Below, piece after piece: positions 1-9,653 of a stretch of DNA of 32,000 bases (the stretch's first letter is position 1; the number at the start of each line of letters is the position of its first letter). A program made the translations under genes and the position numbers. The DNA is taken from the NCBI GenBank assembly GCA_048886185.1, contig JBHLKY010000017.1:70659-102658 (forward strand), written 5' to 3'. Below the pieces are notes generated by a model. The model saw only the letters and a list, made by a program, of their open reading frames with translations. It was not told the DNA's origin and did no database searches. This DNA comes from Candidatus Hermodarchaeota archaeon (GTDB lineage Archaea > Asgardarchaeota > Heimdallarchaeia > Hodarchaeales > Hodarchaeaceae).

Positions 1-306
1 CATATCAGCATCTTTCATAGCGGTTGATGGATTAAACCCTATCGCTACCCACCCTGTCGTAGCCCCAATGATACCCACAAAAATAGTATCCCCCTCAATC
101 TGCCAATTTAGTTGATAATCGCCACCATTAAATGATACTTTCGATGAATACTCATTAGTAGTAATTACCCCATCAATAATTGGAGAAAAAATGCTTTCAT
201 TAACAGCTAAATTATGAGTCACTGTTCCAGCAATAATAATAAAGAAACCAGTCAATATGATTAATACAATAAGAAAATTCCTTCTAGGTGGATTCAAACA
301 CTTCAC
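1..306 (-). CDS. DOMON domain-containing secreted/membrane protein (5' part only; runs off the window start; missing from the ORF track)
   Basis: Manual translation from GTG at 306 (in-frame TGA at 316-318): MKCLNPPRRNFLIVLIILTGFFIIIAGTVTHNLAVNESIFSPIIDGVITTNEYSSKVSFNGGDYQLNWQIEGDTIFVGIIGATTGWVAIGFNPSTAMKDADM. It has a basic plus hydrophobic signal/TM segment followed by the DOMON signature GWVAIGF-x4-M-x2-AD. Confidence 0.8.
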   Translation of the reverse strand, partial: MKCLNPPRRNFLIVLIILTGFFIIIAGTVTHNLAVNESIFSPIIDGVITTNEYSSKVSFNGGDYQLNWQIEGDTIFVGIIGATTGWVAIGFNPSTAMKDADM

Positions 307-360
307 ACTCTCATATCACAACTTTTCACTCACGAAAGTTAATGAAAAGAATATGTGAAT

Positions 361-375
361 TACTAATAATTAGTA
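361..375. promoter_or_regulatory. Perfect 7-1-7 inverted repeat (TACTAAT-A-ATTAGTA), candidate operator upstream of the DOMON gene
   Basis: Seen directly 55-70 bp upstream of the GTG at 306. AT-rich, so it could be chance. Confidence 0.25.
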
Positions 376-843
376 TAAAATGTATTTAGGGATATTTTTC
401 GTAAAATGCTTTAAATATGAACAATCAGGGAATGATTCACTACCGAATAGGAAGATACTTCAAAAAACTAATTTATCTTATTATTAAGGTTTTTAGCTGC
501 ATAAACAGATAAGGTTGAAAATTTACGTCACAAGATAGGAAAATCACGCGGAAATAACTTTGTTATGACACTATTGGGCTTTAAATACACATATTTTTCC
601 ATAACCAATGATCATTTTGGTAGAATTGTATTTGAATATATAACGAGTTCACCTCTATCAATAAGTGGGTTAGAAAGATGAATCCCAAACTCATGAATCA
701 AGACCGATTAAGTTCAACAATTGAATTTTTGAAGTATGAAGAACTGTTGATCATTAGGTTAAAACCTGAATATGAACGGGATTCCCAAAAAAGAAGATCG
801 TTTACAGCGGCATCAGATGTTTTTTTAATGGGTTTAGAGTAAA

Positions 844-1677
844 TTAATCGAAGGGGAGTAAAGATATCTCTTGATTTGAAAATTGACAAAGACTTGTTAA
901 TCCCCACTTCTTAAGTTTTTTAATGATCTCTTGAAACTTGAAACCTATGTCTTGGGGAGCATGTGCATCCGATCCAAGTGCTAAAGGGACCTTTCGTTGA
1001 ATTAGTTCTAGAATAATTTGCTCACTAGGAAAAGGTTGATATATTTGTCTACGATAACCTGAAGTGTTGATTTCAACAGCCATACCATTCTTTTCAACCT
1101 CATCTAAGATTTGAAGCACTTTCTCCCAGATACCATCATTATTCTCGGGAAGTAATCCATATTTTTTTGGTAGATCCAGATGGCCAATAATATCGAAAAA
1201 TTTAGTCTGAACCATTCTTAAAACGGAGTTATAATATTCTAAATATGCTTTATCAACTCCGATTTCTTTAATTATGGGGATAGCTTGTTTCTCATCAATA
1301 GGGATTGCGCCAAGACCTGGCCATGGGACTGCATGAATAGACCCTATAATAAAGTCCAAACTGTCTGAGAAAAGCGAGACAATTTGTTTATATTCTTCAA
1401 AAGCTTTAGGAAAGAAATCTACTTCTGAAGCAACCTTAATATTGATTTGACTGGAATATTTCTTCCTTAATCTTTTGATTTCATCGATATAACTCGGAAA
1501 AGCATCCAATTTCATAGCATAAATATGAAAGTGCTCTGGTAACAGTTCCATTGGGAAATGGTCACTAATTCCAATTTCTGAAATTCTATACTCAATAGCT
1601 GATCTCACGTAGTCTTCGATGGATCCAATGGCATGATTACACAAGTAGCAGTGAGTGTGATAGTCCCATAATTTCAT
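844..1677 (-). CDS. hisJ: Histidinol-phosphatase HisJ family (PHP domain)
   Basis: PHP metal ligands DYHTH, CNHA, ISDHFP, SEVDF, GSIHA, IIGHLDLPKK, EINTSG, GSDAHAP. Start taken as ATG 1677 (the track uses TTG 1683). Confidence 0.85.
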   Translation of the reverse strand: MKLWDYHTHCYLCNHAIGSIEDYVRSAIEYRISEIGISDHFPMELLPEHFHIYAMKLDAFPSYIDEIKRLRKKYSSQINIKVASEVDFFPKAFEEYKQIVSLFSDSLDFIIGSIHAVPWPGLGAIPIDEKQAIPIIKEIGVDKAYLEYYNSVLRMVQTKFFDIIGHLDLPKKYGLLPENNDGIWEKVLQILDEVEKNGMAVEINTSGYRRQIYQPFPSEQIILELIQRKVPLALGSDAHAPQDIGFKFQEIIKKLKKWGLTSLCQFSNQEISLLPFD

Positions 1678-1693
1678 AAGCAAGGATTGTTAA

Positions 1694-1707
1694 CACATAA
1701 TAAAAAC
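1694..1707 (-). promoter_or_regulatory. TATA-like promoter motif GTTTTTATTATGTG upstream of hisJ
   Basis: The TTTTATTA core lies 21-28 nt upstream of ATG 1677, the spacing expected for a leaderless or short-leader archaeal transcript. The same motif recurs at 27118-27137, 25405-25423 and 27584-27602. Confidence 0.5.
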
Positions 1708-1817
1708 TAATTTCTGATGATCCAATCATTACTTGCAGTAGAGGATACCTGATTTAAATGTGATTTCTTTAGATCCTCTCAACATGATTAATCTCAAAAA
1801 TGGGAATCCAGAGATAG

Positions 1818-2666
1818 TTATTCCAAACTTCCATCTAAACCTAATTCTAAAGCACGTTTAATTGTTCCAACCTCTAAAGGCTCTTTATCAGATAACTTGT
1901 TTTTTGCTCCGTAGGACTGAATAATTTCAACCCCCTTGATATCAATAGAAACACGGTTTGAGCCTGCTAAGATTTTCATAGGAGATTCGATCTTTCCAGA
2001 AGCAGGTCCTCCTGTAACGAATATTTTACGAGCATCCATAATCACCAAATCAGGTGTATACCCTAAATTCAGTTCAGCAACTTTCGCAGGAACACGCCAA
2101 CTCATGTGCATCCTAACACGTTGTTTTCTTTCCATGAATCCAACACCAAGTTTTAGCGCGCCTGTATATTGCGCAATGAAATGAGTTTTTAGACAAGGTA
2201 ATAAAATAAGTTTCACATTTGGGTCAAGAATCTGTTTTGGGAGTTTAACAGTTTTAAGATATTTTGCTCCTAAGGATTTCAGGTCAATTCTAGAAAATTT
2301 AAATTGTCTTTCTGTTATTATTGGTATATCTAACTCGTGTAAAATCTCACCCACTTTATCTTCTATTATTTTGGTTGTATTTGCCCGAATTGTTGATGAT
2401 TCTATAATTTCAATGTTTGAAGTCTGTTTCATGATCAATCGCAGCACATGTTCGAGGAAATCTGGATCTGTACTGGCCGGAAAAGGATCACCAGTGTTAA
2501 AATTTGGCTTTAAAAGAACTTGATCATTTCTAGAAATAAAGCTTGAAATTCCATCTAGTGGTTCTAATACATTCACGAGAACCTCTTTGAGTGAGTCATT
2601 AGGAGAAAGAGTTATCTCACTAAGAATAGGTTTTTTTGTAGTCTTTGGTGTCAATGACTCAATCAC
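1818..2666 (-). CDS. DUF362 domain-containing protein
   Basis: Family-typical motifs VLLKPNF, STDPDF, LPCLKTH-x4-YTGALK, PDLVIMDAR, ILAGSNRVSID. GTG start with GGAGA about 10 nt upstream. Confidence 0.8.
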   Translation of the reverse strand: MIESLTPKTTKKPILSEITLSPNDSLKEVLVNVLEPLDGISSFISRNDQVLLKPNFNTGDPFPASTDPDFLEHVLRLIMKQTSNIEIIESSTIRANTTKIIEDKVGEILHELDIPIITERQFKFSRIDLKSLGAKYLKTVKLPKQILDPNVKLILLPCLKTHFIAQYTGALKLGVGFMERKQRVRMHMSWRVPAKVAELNLGYTPDLVIMDARKIFVTGGPASGKIESPMKILAGSNRVSIDIKGVEIIQSYGAKNKLSDKEPLEVGTIKRALELGLDGSLE

Positions 2667-2707
2667 TGCTATTAATCTCCATAATTCTTACTAGTTGATA
2701 CAGTTTA

Positions 2708-4354
2708 TTAGTACGTTGATACGTTTTTCTGAGGGTCTCGAAGCATTGTAAGAGGCAAAAATAATCTTTTAAAAAAACCAGGATCTATTTGATTTAATCT
2801 GGCATTTTTGACTCCTAGCACTTCTAATCGTTGAAGAAACCGTTCCAGGCGTTTCTTGAAATCAAAGTAATTCTTCTTTTCTTCTAGAATCCATCCCGTT
2901 TCAGCAAGAGCAGTAAGGCGCGGAAAAACCTGCCAGTCCAACCGATCTATGGTAGAAATCCACTCTGACCACACTGGTGCTTCAATTCCAAGAATGTTCT
3001 CGTGATATACTTTTTCTAATTTTTCTGGTATAGGATTGATAGAATACACCTTTCTTAAAGGCGTCATAGTATATGGATAATCCAAATAAGTATAGAAGAA
3101 TCGTGAAATAACGAATTTTCTCCCCTTTCGTAAATGATCAAGAACTTTGTTGTTACCTCGAAACCAATGTTGACCAATCACTTCCAAACGCAAGTTTTTA
3201 TCAAGAATATCATTCCAACCGATTGGTACTCTGCCTTTACTAAGCAAATATGAGGCTATCCGATTGATAAAATATGTTTGTAAATCCCCCTCGCTGTCAA
3301 GATTCTCAGTAGTTATCCTTGCTTGGCAATCAGGACATTTTTTCCAGCGAGACTTGGGGACTTCGTCCCCTCCAATATGAATGAATTTAGAAGGGAAGAT
3401 GTTGATTAGCTCATCTAGTACATCTTGAAGAAAGCGAAATACATTCTCTTTCCCTGGACAAAGAACATCTTTCTTTATTCCAAATGTCGTTTGAACCTTA
3501 AAGGGTCCCCCAGCACAACTATACTCGGGATAAACAGCCAACACGGCCATAGAGTGTCCTGGCATATCTATTTCCGGGATAATAGTAATAAATCGTTCTT
3601 GCGCATAAGATAAAATCTCCTTAATGTCAGTTTGAGTATAGTAACCTCCATGGGGAGTTGAATCAAATTCCTTTGTTAAAAAACTCCTAATTCCACCGAT
3701 TTGAGTTCCTTTTCTATAAGAACCAACCTCAGCTAAACGTGGGTATTTTTTGATCTCTATCCTCCAGCCTTGATCTTCAGTTAGATGCCAATGAAAAACA
3801 TTCAATTTATGTAATGCTAAAAGATCAAGCATTCTCTTAACGATGGCTTTTCCCAGAAAATGCCTGCCTTCATCCAGCATAAATCCACGCCAAGAAAATC
3901 GGGGATAATCTTCAATTGTAACACCAGGAAGAACCCATTCCTCAATATCACTAATTAGAAATCGTTTTTCAATCTCAATCGGGAATAGTTGTCGTAAAGT
4001 CTGGATCCCATAAAACACACCGGCAGGTTTAGGCGCAGAAATGAGAATGTAATCATTTGTTGTAATGAGACAATATCCCTCGTCACCTAGATCTTCTCTC
4101 TCTTCATTGATAACTAGATTAATTGCATTATCTAGGATATCGTCAGTGTCTGTGATGTTAGGCTTTAATTGAAATCCAGTTGGAGGTGAAATCAAATTTC
4201 GTAAGTATTCACTTATGTTCCTTAATTCTGTGTCACTCTGGATAGATGTATTATCATTAAGCACAAAATTACCTAGGTTAAATGTCATTTTAGCTGGTTC
4301 AGGAATAATTGATGCATGATTCCCTGGTATTGTTGCATGTTCTAGATTCATCAC
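2708..4354 (-). CDS. Beta-N-acetylhexosaminidase, glycoside hydrolase family 20 (no signal peptide)
   Basis: GH20 motifs RFSWRGFMLDEGRHF, FHWHLTEDQGWRIEI, GGYYTQ, IPEIDMPGHS, catalytic HIGGDE, GIEAPVWSEW, FPRLTALAETGW, preceded by an N-terminal GH20b domain. Confidence 0.93.
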   Translation of the reverse strand: MMNLEHATIPGNHASIIPEPAKMTFNLGNFVLNDNTSIQSDTELRNISEYLRNLISPPTGFQLKPNITDTDDILDNAINLVINEEREDLGDEGYCLITTNDYILISAPKPAGVFYGIQTLRQLFPIEIEKRFLISDIEEWVLPGVTIEDYPRFSWRGFMLDEGRHFLGKAIVKRMLDLLALHKLNVFHWHLTEDQGWRIEIKKYPRLAEVGSYRKGTQIGGIRSFLTKEFDSTPHGGYYTQTDIKEILSYAQERFITIIPEIDMPGHSMAVLAVYPEYSCAGGPFKVQTTFGIKKDVLCPGKENVFRFLQDVLDELINIFPSKFIHIGGDEVPKSRWKKCPDCQARITTENLDSEGDLQTYFINRIASYLLSKGRVPIGWNDILDKNLRLEVIGQHWFRGNNKVLDHLRKGRKFVISRFFYTYLDYPYTMTPLRKVYSINPIPEKLEKVYHENILGIEAPVWSEWISTIDRLDWQVFPRLTALAETGWILEEKKNYFDFKKRLERFLQRLEVLGVKNARLNQIDPGFFKRLFLPLTMLRDPQKNVSTY

Positions 4355-4378
4355 TAAGTTTGACTTCCATATCCTTGA

Positions 4379-5026
4379 TTAATCAAAGCACTCATTCAGT
4401 TCCTGCTGCCAATCAGTTTTATCATCCAAGAGAGCTAGAAAACTTATTGTTTCAATCATGCTTTTAGAATATTCAAAATCTAAATCCTCTAGTAACTCAC
4501 TTATTTCATCTTCTGCATTAGGGATAATTGCTTTGGGATAAGAATTATATCGTGATTTGAATTTTTTGAGAAACTTCTCTAAACAATTTACTGATTTTAA
4601 AGAAGTTTTCTTGTGAATCGCCATTGCAATTCCCACTGCTTCGATCATTTTGCGTTCTTCAGGGCAAACTTCTTTTTCTTCAGGTTTTGCTAAATGAAAT
4701 ACTTTAGCAGTCCTCATATAGAGGGTGTGGGTTTTCAGTTTTTTCTCATCAGACGGAAAAACTCTTTTTCCTGCCTGTATTACCAACCCAGCATCTTCAA
4801 GTTTCTTGAGATAGCGATAGATGGTCTTATCAGATTTCTTTTCTCCAACATTTTTGAAAGCATTCTCTAGATCCACTACCGTCATGGGGACCTTATGAGT
4901 TCGCAAAAATTTAATGACTGACGTGAGATTCGTGTCTTCAAAAAGCTTTATGGTTGCTTCATCAGTTATCTCTTTCATTATTGGTTGAGTATAGGTTATT
5001 GCGTCTTTGTATTGATTCTCAGCCAT
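4379..5026 (-). CDS. Winged helix-turn-helix transcriptional regulator (ArsR-like wHTH plus helical C-terminal domain)
   Basis: VIKFLR-x4-PMTVVDL...KSDKTIYRYLKKLEDAGLV...LYMRTAKVF fits an HTH recognition helix plus wing. Confidence 0.75.
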   Translation of the reverse strand: MAENQYKDAITYTQPIMKEITDEATIKLFEDTNLTSVIKFLRTHKVPMTVVDLENAFKNVGEKKSDKTIYRYLKKLEDAGLVIQAGKRVFPSDEKKLKTHTLYMRTAKVFHLAKPEEKEVCPEERKMIEAVGIAMAIHKKTSLKSVNCLEKFLKKFKSRYNSYPKAIIPNAEDEISELLEDLDFEYSKSMIETISFLALLDDKTDWQQELNECFD

Positions 5027-5050
5027 TTTTATCCACTGATTTTCTAATAA

Positions 5051-5062
5051 TTTTAGCTAAAA
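5051..5062. promoter_or_regulatory. Perfect 12-bp palindrome TTTTAGCTAAAA in the divergent wHTH/GNAT-like promoter region
   Basis: Lies 25-36 nt upstream of the wHTH start, where its TATA box would be. A plus-strand TATA (TTTAAATA, 5163-5170) is also present upstream of 5206. Confidence 0.35.
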
Positions 5063-5205
5063 GTTAATTGTTTCCTTTAGTGCTTTAATGAATTTTGCCA
5101 ACATAATAATATATTAATAGTTCTTAATGAGCTGAGATCATATTCTCTTCGAGATGAGAAATTTTAAATAATGTTATATTGATTTTTATGGAGTGTGGAT
5201 CATAA

Positions 5206-6138
5206 ATGAAAGTTGTGTACCGTAATTGGGAACCAAACCAAAACCTAGAAGAACTTCAAGCTAAAATTTATAATGAAAATAACCCTAGGCCTCAACCAGT
5301 GACAGCTCAACAGATCACCGATCGCTATGAACGGGAAAAAATTGACCCCAAGACTGTCAGATATGCTTTAGATAAAGAAGGGAATCCATTAGCGTATATA
5401 CAAGCACGAGATTATGATTCTGTAGAGGAAACCCACTTAGGATATCCATGGGCACTCCCAAACTGCCCAAAGGAAATCCAAGATAAATTGTTTGACGAGA
5501 TGTTAGAATACATCAAACATCGTGAAATAGCCACAAAATATGACATTCTTATGAATGCCTCTGTTGATAACGAGAAAGTCATGGAATTCTTTAAAGGGAA
5601 AGGATTAGTTGAAAAGATCAGAGGTTATCGTTATGAAATCGATGTAAATGAAGTAAACAAGTCAGAATATACAGGTGAGGAGTATACGACCCGACTTGCT
5701 ACAATGGATGATCTCAATCTTCTTGTTGACCTGATTAAAGCAGATGGGCGATATCTTGGCCAATTTAATTCAGATGAAGACATTGCGAATTATTTTAAAG
5801 ACCGAGTCCTTAAAGATGGCGAAGAAAAGGGGAATAAAGCAGTCATGGTCTTCAAAGGAGACACCTTGGTAATGGCTTCAGCCCCACTAGTTTTAAAAGC
5901 TCCAGGTGAAGAGGAAGAAAGGCTTATTCTCCGATTCCATTCGTATCTTCCTGAGAATGAACAGGCGTTCAAACCTTTAATCATTGATATCGCTAAGGTA
6001 TGTGTTTCGAATAATTATGGAACTGATAAACCATTGAGTCACGTTATCAGTGATAGAGATACTGAATTTTCATCCATTCTGGATGAATACAATCCAACTA
6101 AAGTATTAACTGGAATTGGTTTTGGATTAAAAGACTAA
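5206..6138 (+). CDS. Hypothetical protein, probable tandem GNAT-like fold
   Basis: Two halves each open like a GNAT domain (VVYRNWEPNQNLEELQAKI; TTRLATMDDLNLLVDLI), followed by a beta-hairpin (PLAYIQAR; TLVMASAP). No clear acetyl-CoA-binding motif. Confidence 0.5.
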   Translation: MKVVYRNWEPNQNLEELQAKIYNENNPRPQPVTAQQITDRYEREKIDPKTVRYALDKEGNPLAYIQARDYDSVEETHLGYPWALPNCPKEIQDKLFDEMLEYIKHREIATKYDILMNASVDNEKVMEFFKGKGLVEKIRGYRYEIDVNEVNKSEYTGEEYTTRLATMDDLNLLVDLIKADGRYLGQFNSDEDIANYFKDRVLKDGEEKGNKAVMVFKGDTLVMASAPLVLKAPGEEEERLILRFHSYLPENEQAFKPLIIDIAKVCVSNNYGTDKPLSHVISDRDTEFSSILDEYNPTKVLTGIGFGLKD

Positions 6139-6140
6139 AT

Positions 6141-6161
6141 TCCCCATCCCTTCCTTTTTTT
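6141..6161 (+). terminator. Pyrimidine-rich/oligo-T tract between convergent genes
   Basis: TCCCCATCCCTTCCTTTTTTT directly after the stop at 6138, resembling archaeal U-rich terminators. Confidence 0.4.
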
Positions 6162-6170
6162 GAATAAATA

Positions 6171-8261
6171 CTAATCTATTTCATCATCTTTGAAAAAATC
6201 TAATTCTTCGCCCAATAGATGATGGAGAAACCATCGATAGTTCTGAATCAATACTGCATAATTCTCCCGGGGTTTCCATATACTGTGTCCCATTCCTGGA
6301 TATATAAAGAACTCCGTATGAATCCCTTTTTCCTTAAGAGCTCTATAAATCACCTTGGAACTATAGAGGGGTACACGTTCATCGACTTCACCGTGTTGTA
6401 AGAGTACTGGTGTTCGAGCATTGTTGATTCCATTCATTGGAGCTGTTTTTTCAAAAATCTCTTTCATTCCTTCATCGAATGGCCCTCTACTCCGATATGA
6501 GTTTCCTGAAAAAGGGATACTATACCTACTATCAGAGCCAAAGAAATAAGTAGCCCAGCTTGACAAAGTTGAACAACCACTAACAGCACAGAACCGATCA
6601 GAATGCATAGCTGCGAATGCACTGATGTAAGCCCCTTGACTTCCACCACACGCCCCAATCTTTGTTTCATCAATAAATCCTTGATTAACCAGATAATCTA
6701 TTCCTGACTCTAAGTCCCATAGATCTCCAACTCCTACATTATCAACGAGCAGTTTCTTAAAAGCCTGGCCTTTTCCCAAAGAGCCACGGTAGTTAGGTTT
6801 TAAAACAAGTATATCCTTATGGCTGAATTGAACCAGAGGATAGTAAAACTTATCCATTGCCTCTAAAAGAGCATTAGCCGACGAATGATGAGGCCCACCG
6901 TGAATATTAAGGAGTAGAGGATATTTTCGGCTAGGATCAAAGTTTCTGGGTTTACGTAATATCCCCTCGATCTCGGTTCCATCCTTACTTATCCATTTTA
7001 TTGATTCAACCGTTCCTAGATCCCAATTAGCAACAATATCATTGAAGTGGGTCAAAGGAAGTGTTCTTCGACCTACTTCTGTTGGGAAATTCAGATATGC
7101 GTCATTAATTTTCGTGGAAGAGAATCCAAGAAAACTTACAAAACCTAAATCATTAACATGGAAAAATAGATTTGGCATTAATCCATGTAAATCGATATCC
7201 TCAACTTCCCCAGCTTCTGAAATTCTAGCAACTTTTACCTGACTTTCATCCCAATATGTAATAAAGATTCCTGCTTTGGTCCAGTAAATTGCATGAGAGA
7301 GTGGATCTTGGTCAAGGTTGGATGTGATACATGAAAGATGTTCCTTAAGATTAGATTGTTCTACATCTGATGTATTCAGAATCCATAAATCGGCTTGAGT
7401 ATAGTCACGATTATCACGTTTCTTATATAAAATTAATAGTTTCGCCCCATCAGGAGATATTGCTACTATTTTAGCTCCTTTTGGAAGATCTATTTTTGTG
7501 ACTACTGGGATAGTTTTTGATGCTTCATGAAAAATAACCTCTGGATCAAATTCTATCCGATAGTGAGAAGTTTCGTGCTCAAATACTAGATCATCCTTGC
7601 TACGACAATTTAAAAATACAACATCATTATTTGGAGAGGGAATGATTGACTCAATCTTCACAGGTTTTGGTAGGAACGCTCCTAAATCAAAAATTGGCTT
7701 GACAGTGTTTTTATGTTCATCTTCGAACGATCGTGCGATTATTCGGTTATACTCCTTCATCTTAGCAGTATGAACATAATATAATGATGAAGTACTTTTA
7801 TCCTCTTCGACATGAATAAAATTCCCCAGTCTGGATTCTCTTCTTTTTGTCTCATCCTTCTCAGGATTATTAGCAATGAACACAAATCCATCAGCAAAGG
7901 GAGAGAAGTCATTTACCCCTCCTGCATGATCAGTTACCTGAAATCCTTCTCCAATTAGACCTTGAAATATAAAAATTTGAAAAGGATCGGAATCTGTTCG
8001 TTTCATTATTGCTAGCGTTTCATTATTAATCCAATGAAAATTTCCAGGCGATCCTGTTTGTGTGAGGTAATAAGAGCTTTCTTTTTCAAGATCGTGTATA
8101 CGACAATAGATATTATGTTTATTTTCCCTTAAATTAACATAACCTTGGCGATAAGCTACCTTCGTTCCATTAGGATTCGCTTGAACGTCTCCAAATAAAG
8201 GTAAGAGGAGGATATCCTTTATTGTTGGTCGATATAGGCCTTCTGTGGAATTCACTACCAT
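6171..8261 (-). CDS. S9 family (prolyl oligopeptidase/acylaminoacyl peptidase-like) serine peptidase
   Basis: N-terminal beta-propeller region, then LNIHGGP, PNYRGSLGKG, nucleophile GGSQGA, Asp in HGEVDERVP and His in YPGMGHS. Confidence 0.9.
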   Translation of the reverse strand: MVVNSTEGLYRPTIKDILLLPLFGDVQANPNGTKVAYRQGYVNLRENKHNIYCRIHDLEKESSYYLTQTGSPGNFHWINNETLAIMKRTDSDPFQIFIFQGLIGEGFQVTDHAGGVNDFSPFADGFVFIANNPEKDETKRRESRLGNFIHVEEDKSTSSLYYVHTAKMKEYNRIIARSFEDEHKNTVKPIFDLGAFLPKPVKIESIIPSPNNDVVFLNCRSKDDLVFEHETSHYRIEFDPEVIFHEASKTIPVVTKIDLPKGAKIVAISPDGAKLLILYKKRDNRDYTQADLWILNTSDVEQSNLKEHLSCITSNLDQDPLSHAIYWTKAGIFITYWDESQVKVARISEAGEVEDIDLHGLMPNLFFHVNDLGFVSFLGFSSTKINDAYLNFPTEVGRRTLPLTHFNDIVANWDLGTVESIKWISKDGTEIEGILRKPRNFDPSRKYPLLLNIHGGPHHSSANALLEAMDKFYYPLVQFSHKDILVLKPNYRGSLGKGQAFKKLLVDNVGVGDLWDLESGIDYLVNQGFIDETKIGACGGSQGAYISAFAAMHSDRFCAVSGCSTLSSWATYFFGSDSRYSIPFSGNSYRSRGPFDEGMKEIFEKTAPMNGINNARTPVLLQHGEVDERVPLYSSKVIYRALKEKGIHTEFFIYPGMGHSIWKPRENYAVLIQNYRWFLHHLLGEELDFFKDDEID

Positions 8262-8486
8262 AATAATTCTATCCTTAAATATTGAGTGATACTAGAGGAT
8301 TTTGAGTTACGACTATTCATTTTAAGATAAAAGGGTCTTTAAATTGGCGGGTTATACGGTGTAACCCCTAAGTTTTGAGAGAAAGCTGACGGGTTAATTC
8401 GAAATTAAATTTCCTGTACTTTCAAAATCCCCTAATTTTCCTAAGCTTACTCGCCCCAGAATTGCCCTTTTTTTGAAATCAAATAT

Positions 8487-9590
8487 TTAATACTGCGCAT
8501 ATTCAGAGGTAATTGACAACATAAATGGGATGGAAAATCCTACTAGATAAAAGAGAGTGTAGAATAAAAAGATGAGTAGTCTATCAGAGGGAACGTACAC
8601 GTCAATAATCACAGGTACAAGTAATTGAAAAATTACTAAGATTAGAGAAAGAATGAAATACCCAACCAAACCACGAAGAATTTTGGGTGCAGAGGGGGAT
8701 TTGATTATACTTACCCATTGCGAAGAGGATTTTCTAGGGACTAAGCTCCAAACGATGTAAATGATCGGGATTAATCCAATGGTTAAAATTATTCCACTGA
8801 GAATAAGGTGGGCGGAAATTAGAAGGTCATTTTGGAACACACCACCAATCTCTCCACTTAACCGATAAACATAATAAAGAACTGCATAGAGAGTTGAAAA
8901 TAAAACATTTCGAGTCAGAATGTAAATCAATCCAGTAGCTAATCCAAATAGAAAGGTGGAAATAAACCAAAACATAATACTAGCATAATTTGATGTATGA
9001 ATATAATAAGGTAAGTAGAGTAGGCAAAATCCCAAACTAGATATGATTACAGCGAGAAATGGAGACATTCCTCGATCTTCTAATAATGGGATAACTGTAC
9101 GACGATAAAGAAGTTCAGCGTAAATGGGTATGACTATAAATTGATAAATAAGAAATTGAATCATAATCATTGGATCTATTAACTGACTATAGGATTCCAT
9201 GAACCAAGGAGGGAGCAAATAAATGGTGGTACCAAAGTACTCGAAAATTAATGTTATGATTATGCGAACAAAGATGATTCCAAGAAACACAGGAGCAATG
9301 AGTAGTAAATTGGGTAGAGTGGGCTCCTTATACTGCGCATTTTTGACTTTAAGTCGGGGGATAAATACAAAATAAATGACTAGACAAACCAAAATCCCAG
9401 TAATGTTGGCTAGAATGGCGCTCAAGACATTCAAGTCGACATTTATCCCCGCTTCATAAATTATCCATCGGAAAAAAGTAAATGGCCAAGTGAACAATTC
9501 GAATAGGAATAATCCTGCTGCAATAAGAACGGCTGGCGTGAAAAAATTCATGAAACTGTTTTCAATTTCAACGATAGTGAATTTTCTCAT
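8487..9590 (-). CDS. CPBP family (Rce1/Abi, CAAX protease-like) intramembrane protein with degenerate catalytic motifs
   Basis: Polytopic membrane protein. The CPBP core is recognisable (PIYAELLYRRTVIPLL...AVIISSLGFCLLYLP...FGLATGLIYILTRNVLFSTLYAVLY), but EExxxR reads AExxxR, FxxxH reads FxxxY and HxxxN reads YxxxY. Confidence 0.75.
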   Translation of the reverse strand: MRKFTIVEIENSFMNFFTPAVLIAAGLFLFELFTWPFTFFRWIIYEAGINVDLNVLSAILANITGILVCLVIYFVFIPRLKVKNAQYKEPTLPNLLLIAPVFLGIIFVRIIITLIFEYFGTTIYLLPPWFMESYSQLIDPMIMIQFLIYQFIVIPIYAELLYRRTVIPLLEDRGMSPFLAVIISSLGFCLLYLPYYIHTSNYASIMFWFISTFLFGLATGLIYILTRNVLFSTLYAVLYYVYRLSGEIGGVFQNDLLISAHLILSGIILTIGLIPIIYIVWSLVPRKSSSQWVSIIKSPSAPKILRGLVGYFILSLILVIFQLLVPVIIDVYVPSDRLLIFLFYTLFYLVGFSIPFMLSITSEYAQY

Positions 9591-9653
9591 TGTAATTGCC
9601 AGCCTTCTGATTTAACAGGTATTCTTTTTGGGATCTTTTTATTATTTTCCAAA

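Noticed and set aside
678-842. 54-aa plus-strand ORF (MNPKLMNQDRLSSTIEFLKYEELLIIRLKPEYERDSQKRRSFTAASDVFLMGLE) with faint resemblance to a GIY-YIG C-terminal helix
   Set aside because: No GIY or YIG motif upstream in any frame I could read, no clear ribosome-binding site, and too short to support.
8349-8367. Hairpin GGGTTATA-CGG-TGTAACCC between the CPBP-like gene and the S9 peptidase
   Set aside because: Short stem with a wobble or mismatch and no adjacent U-tract on the transcribed strand. It cannot be distinguished from chance, and it does not resemble a SECIS or tRNA.
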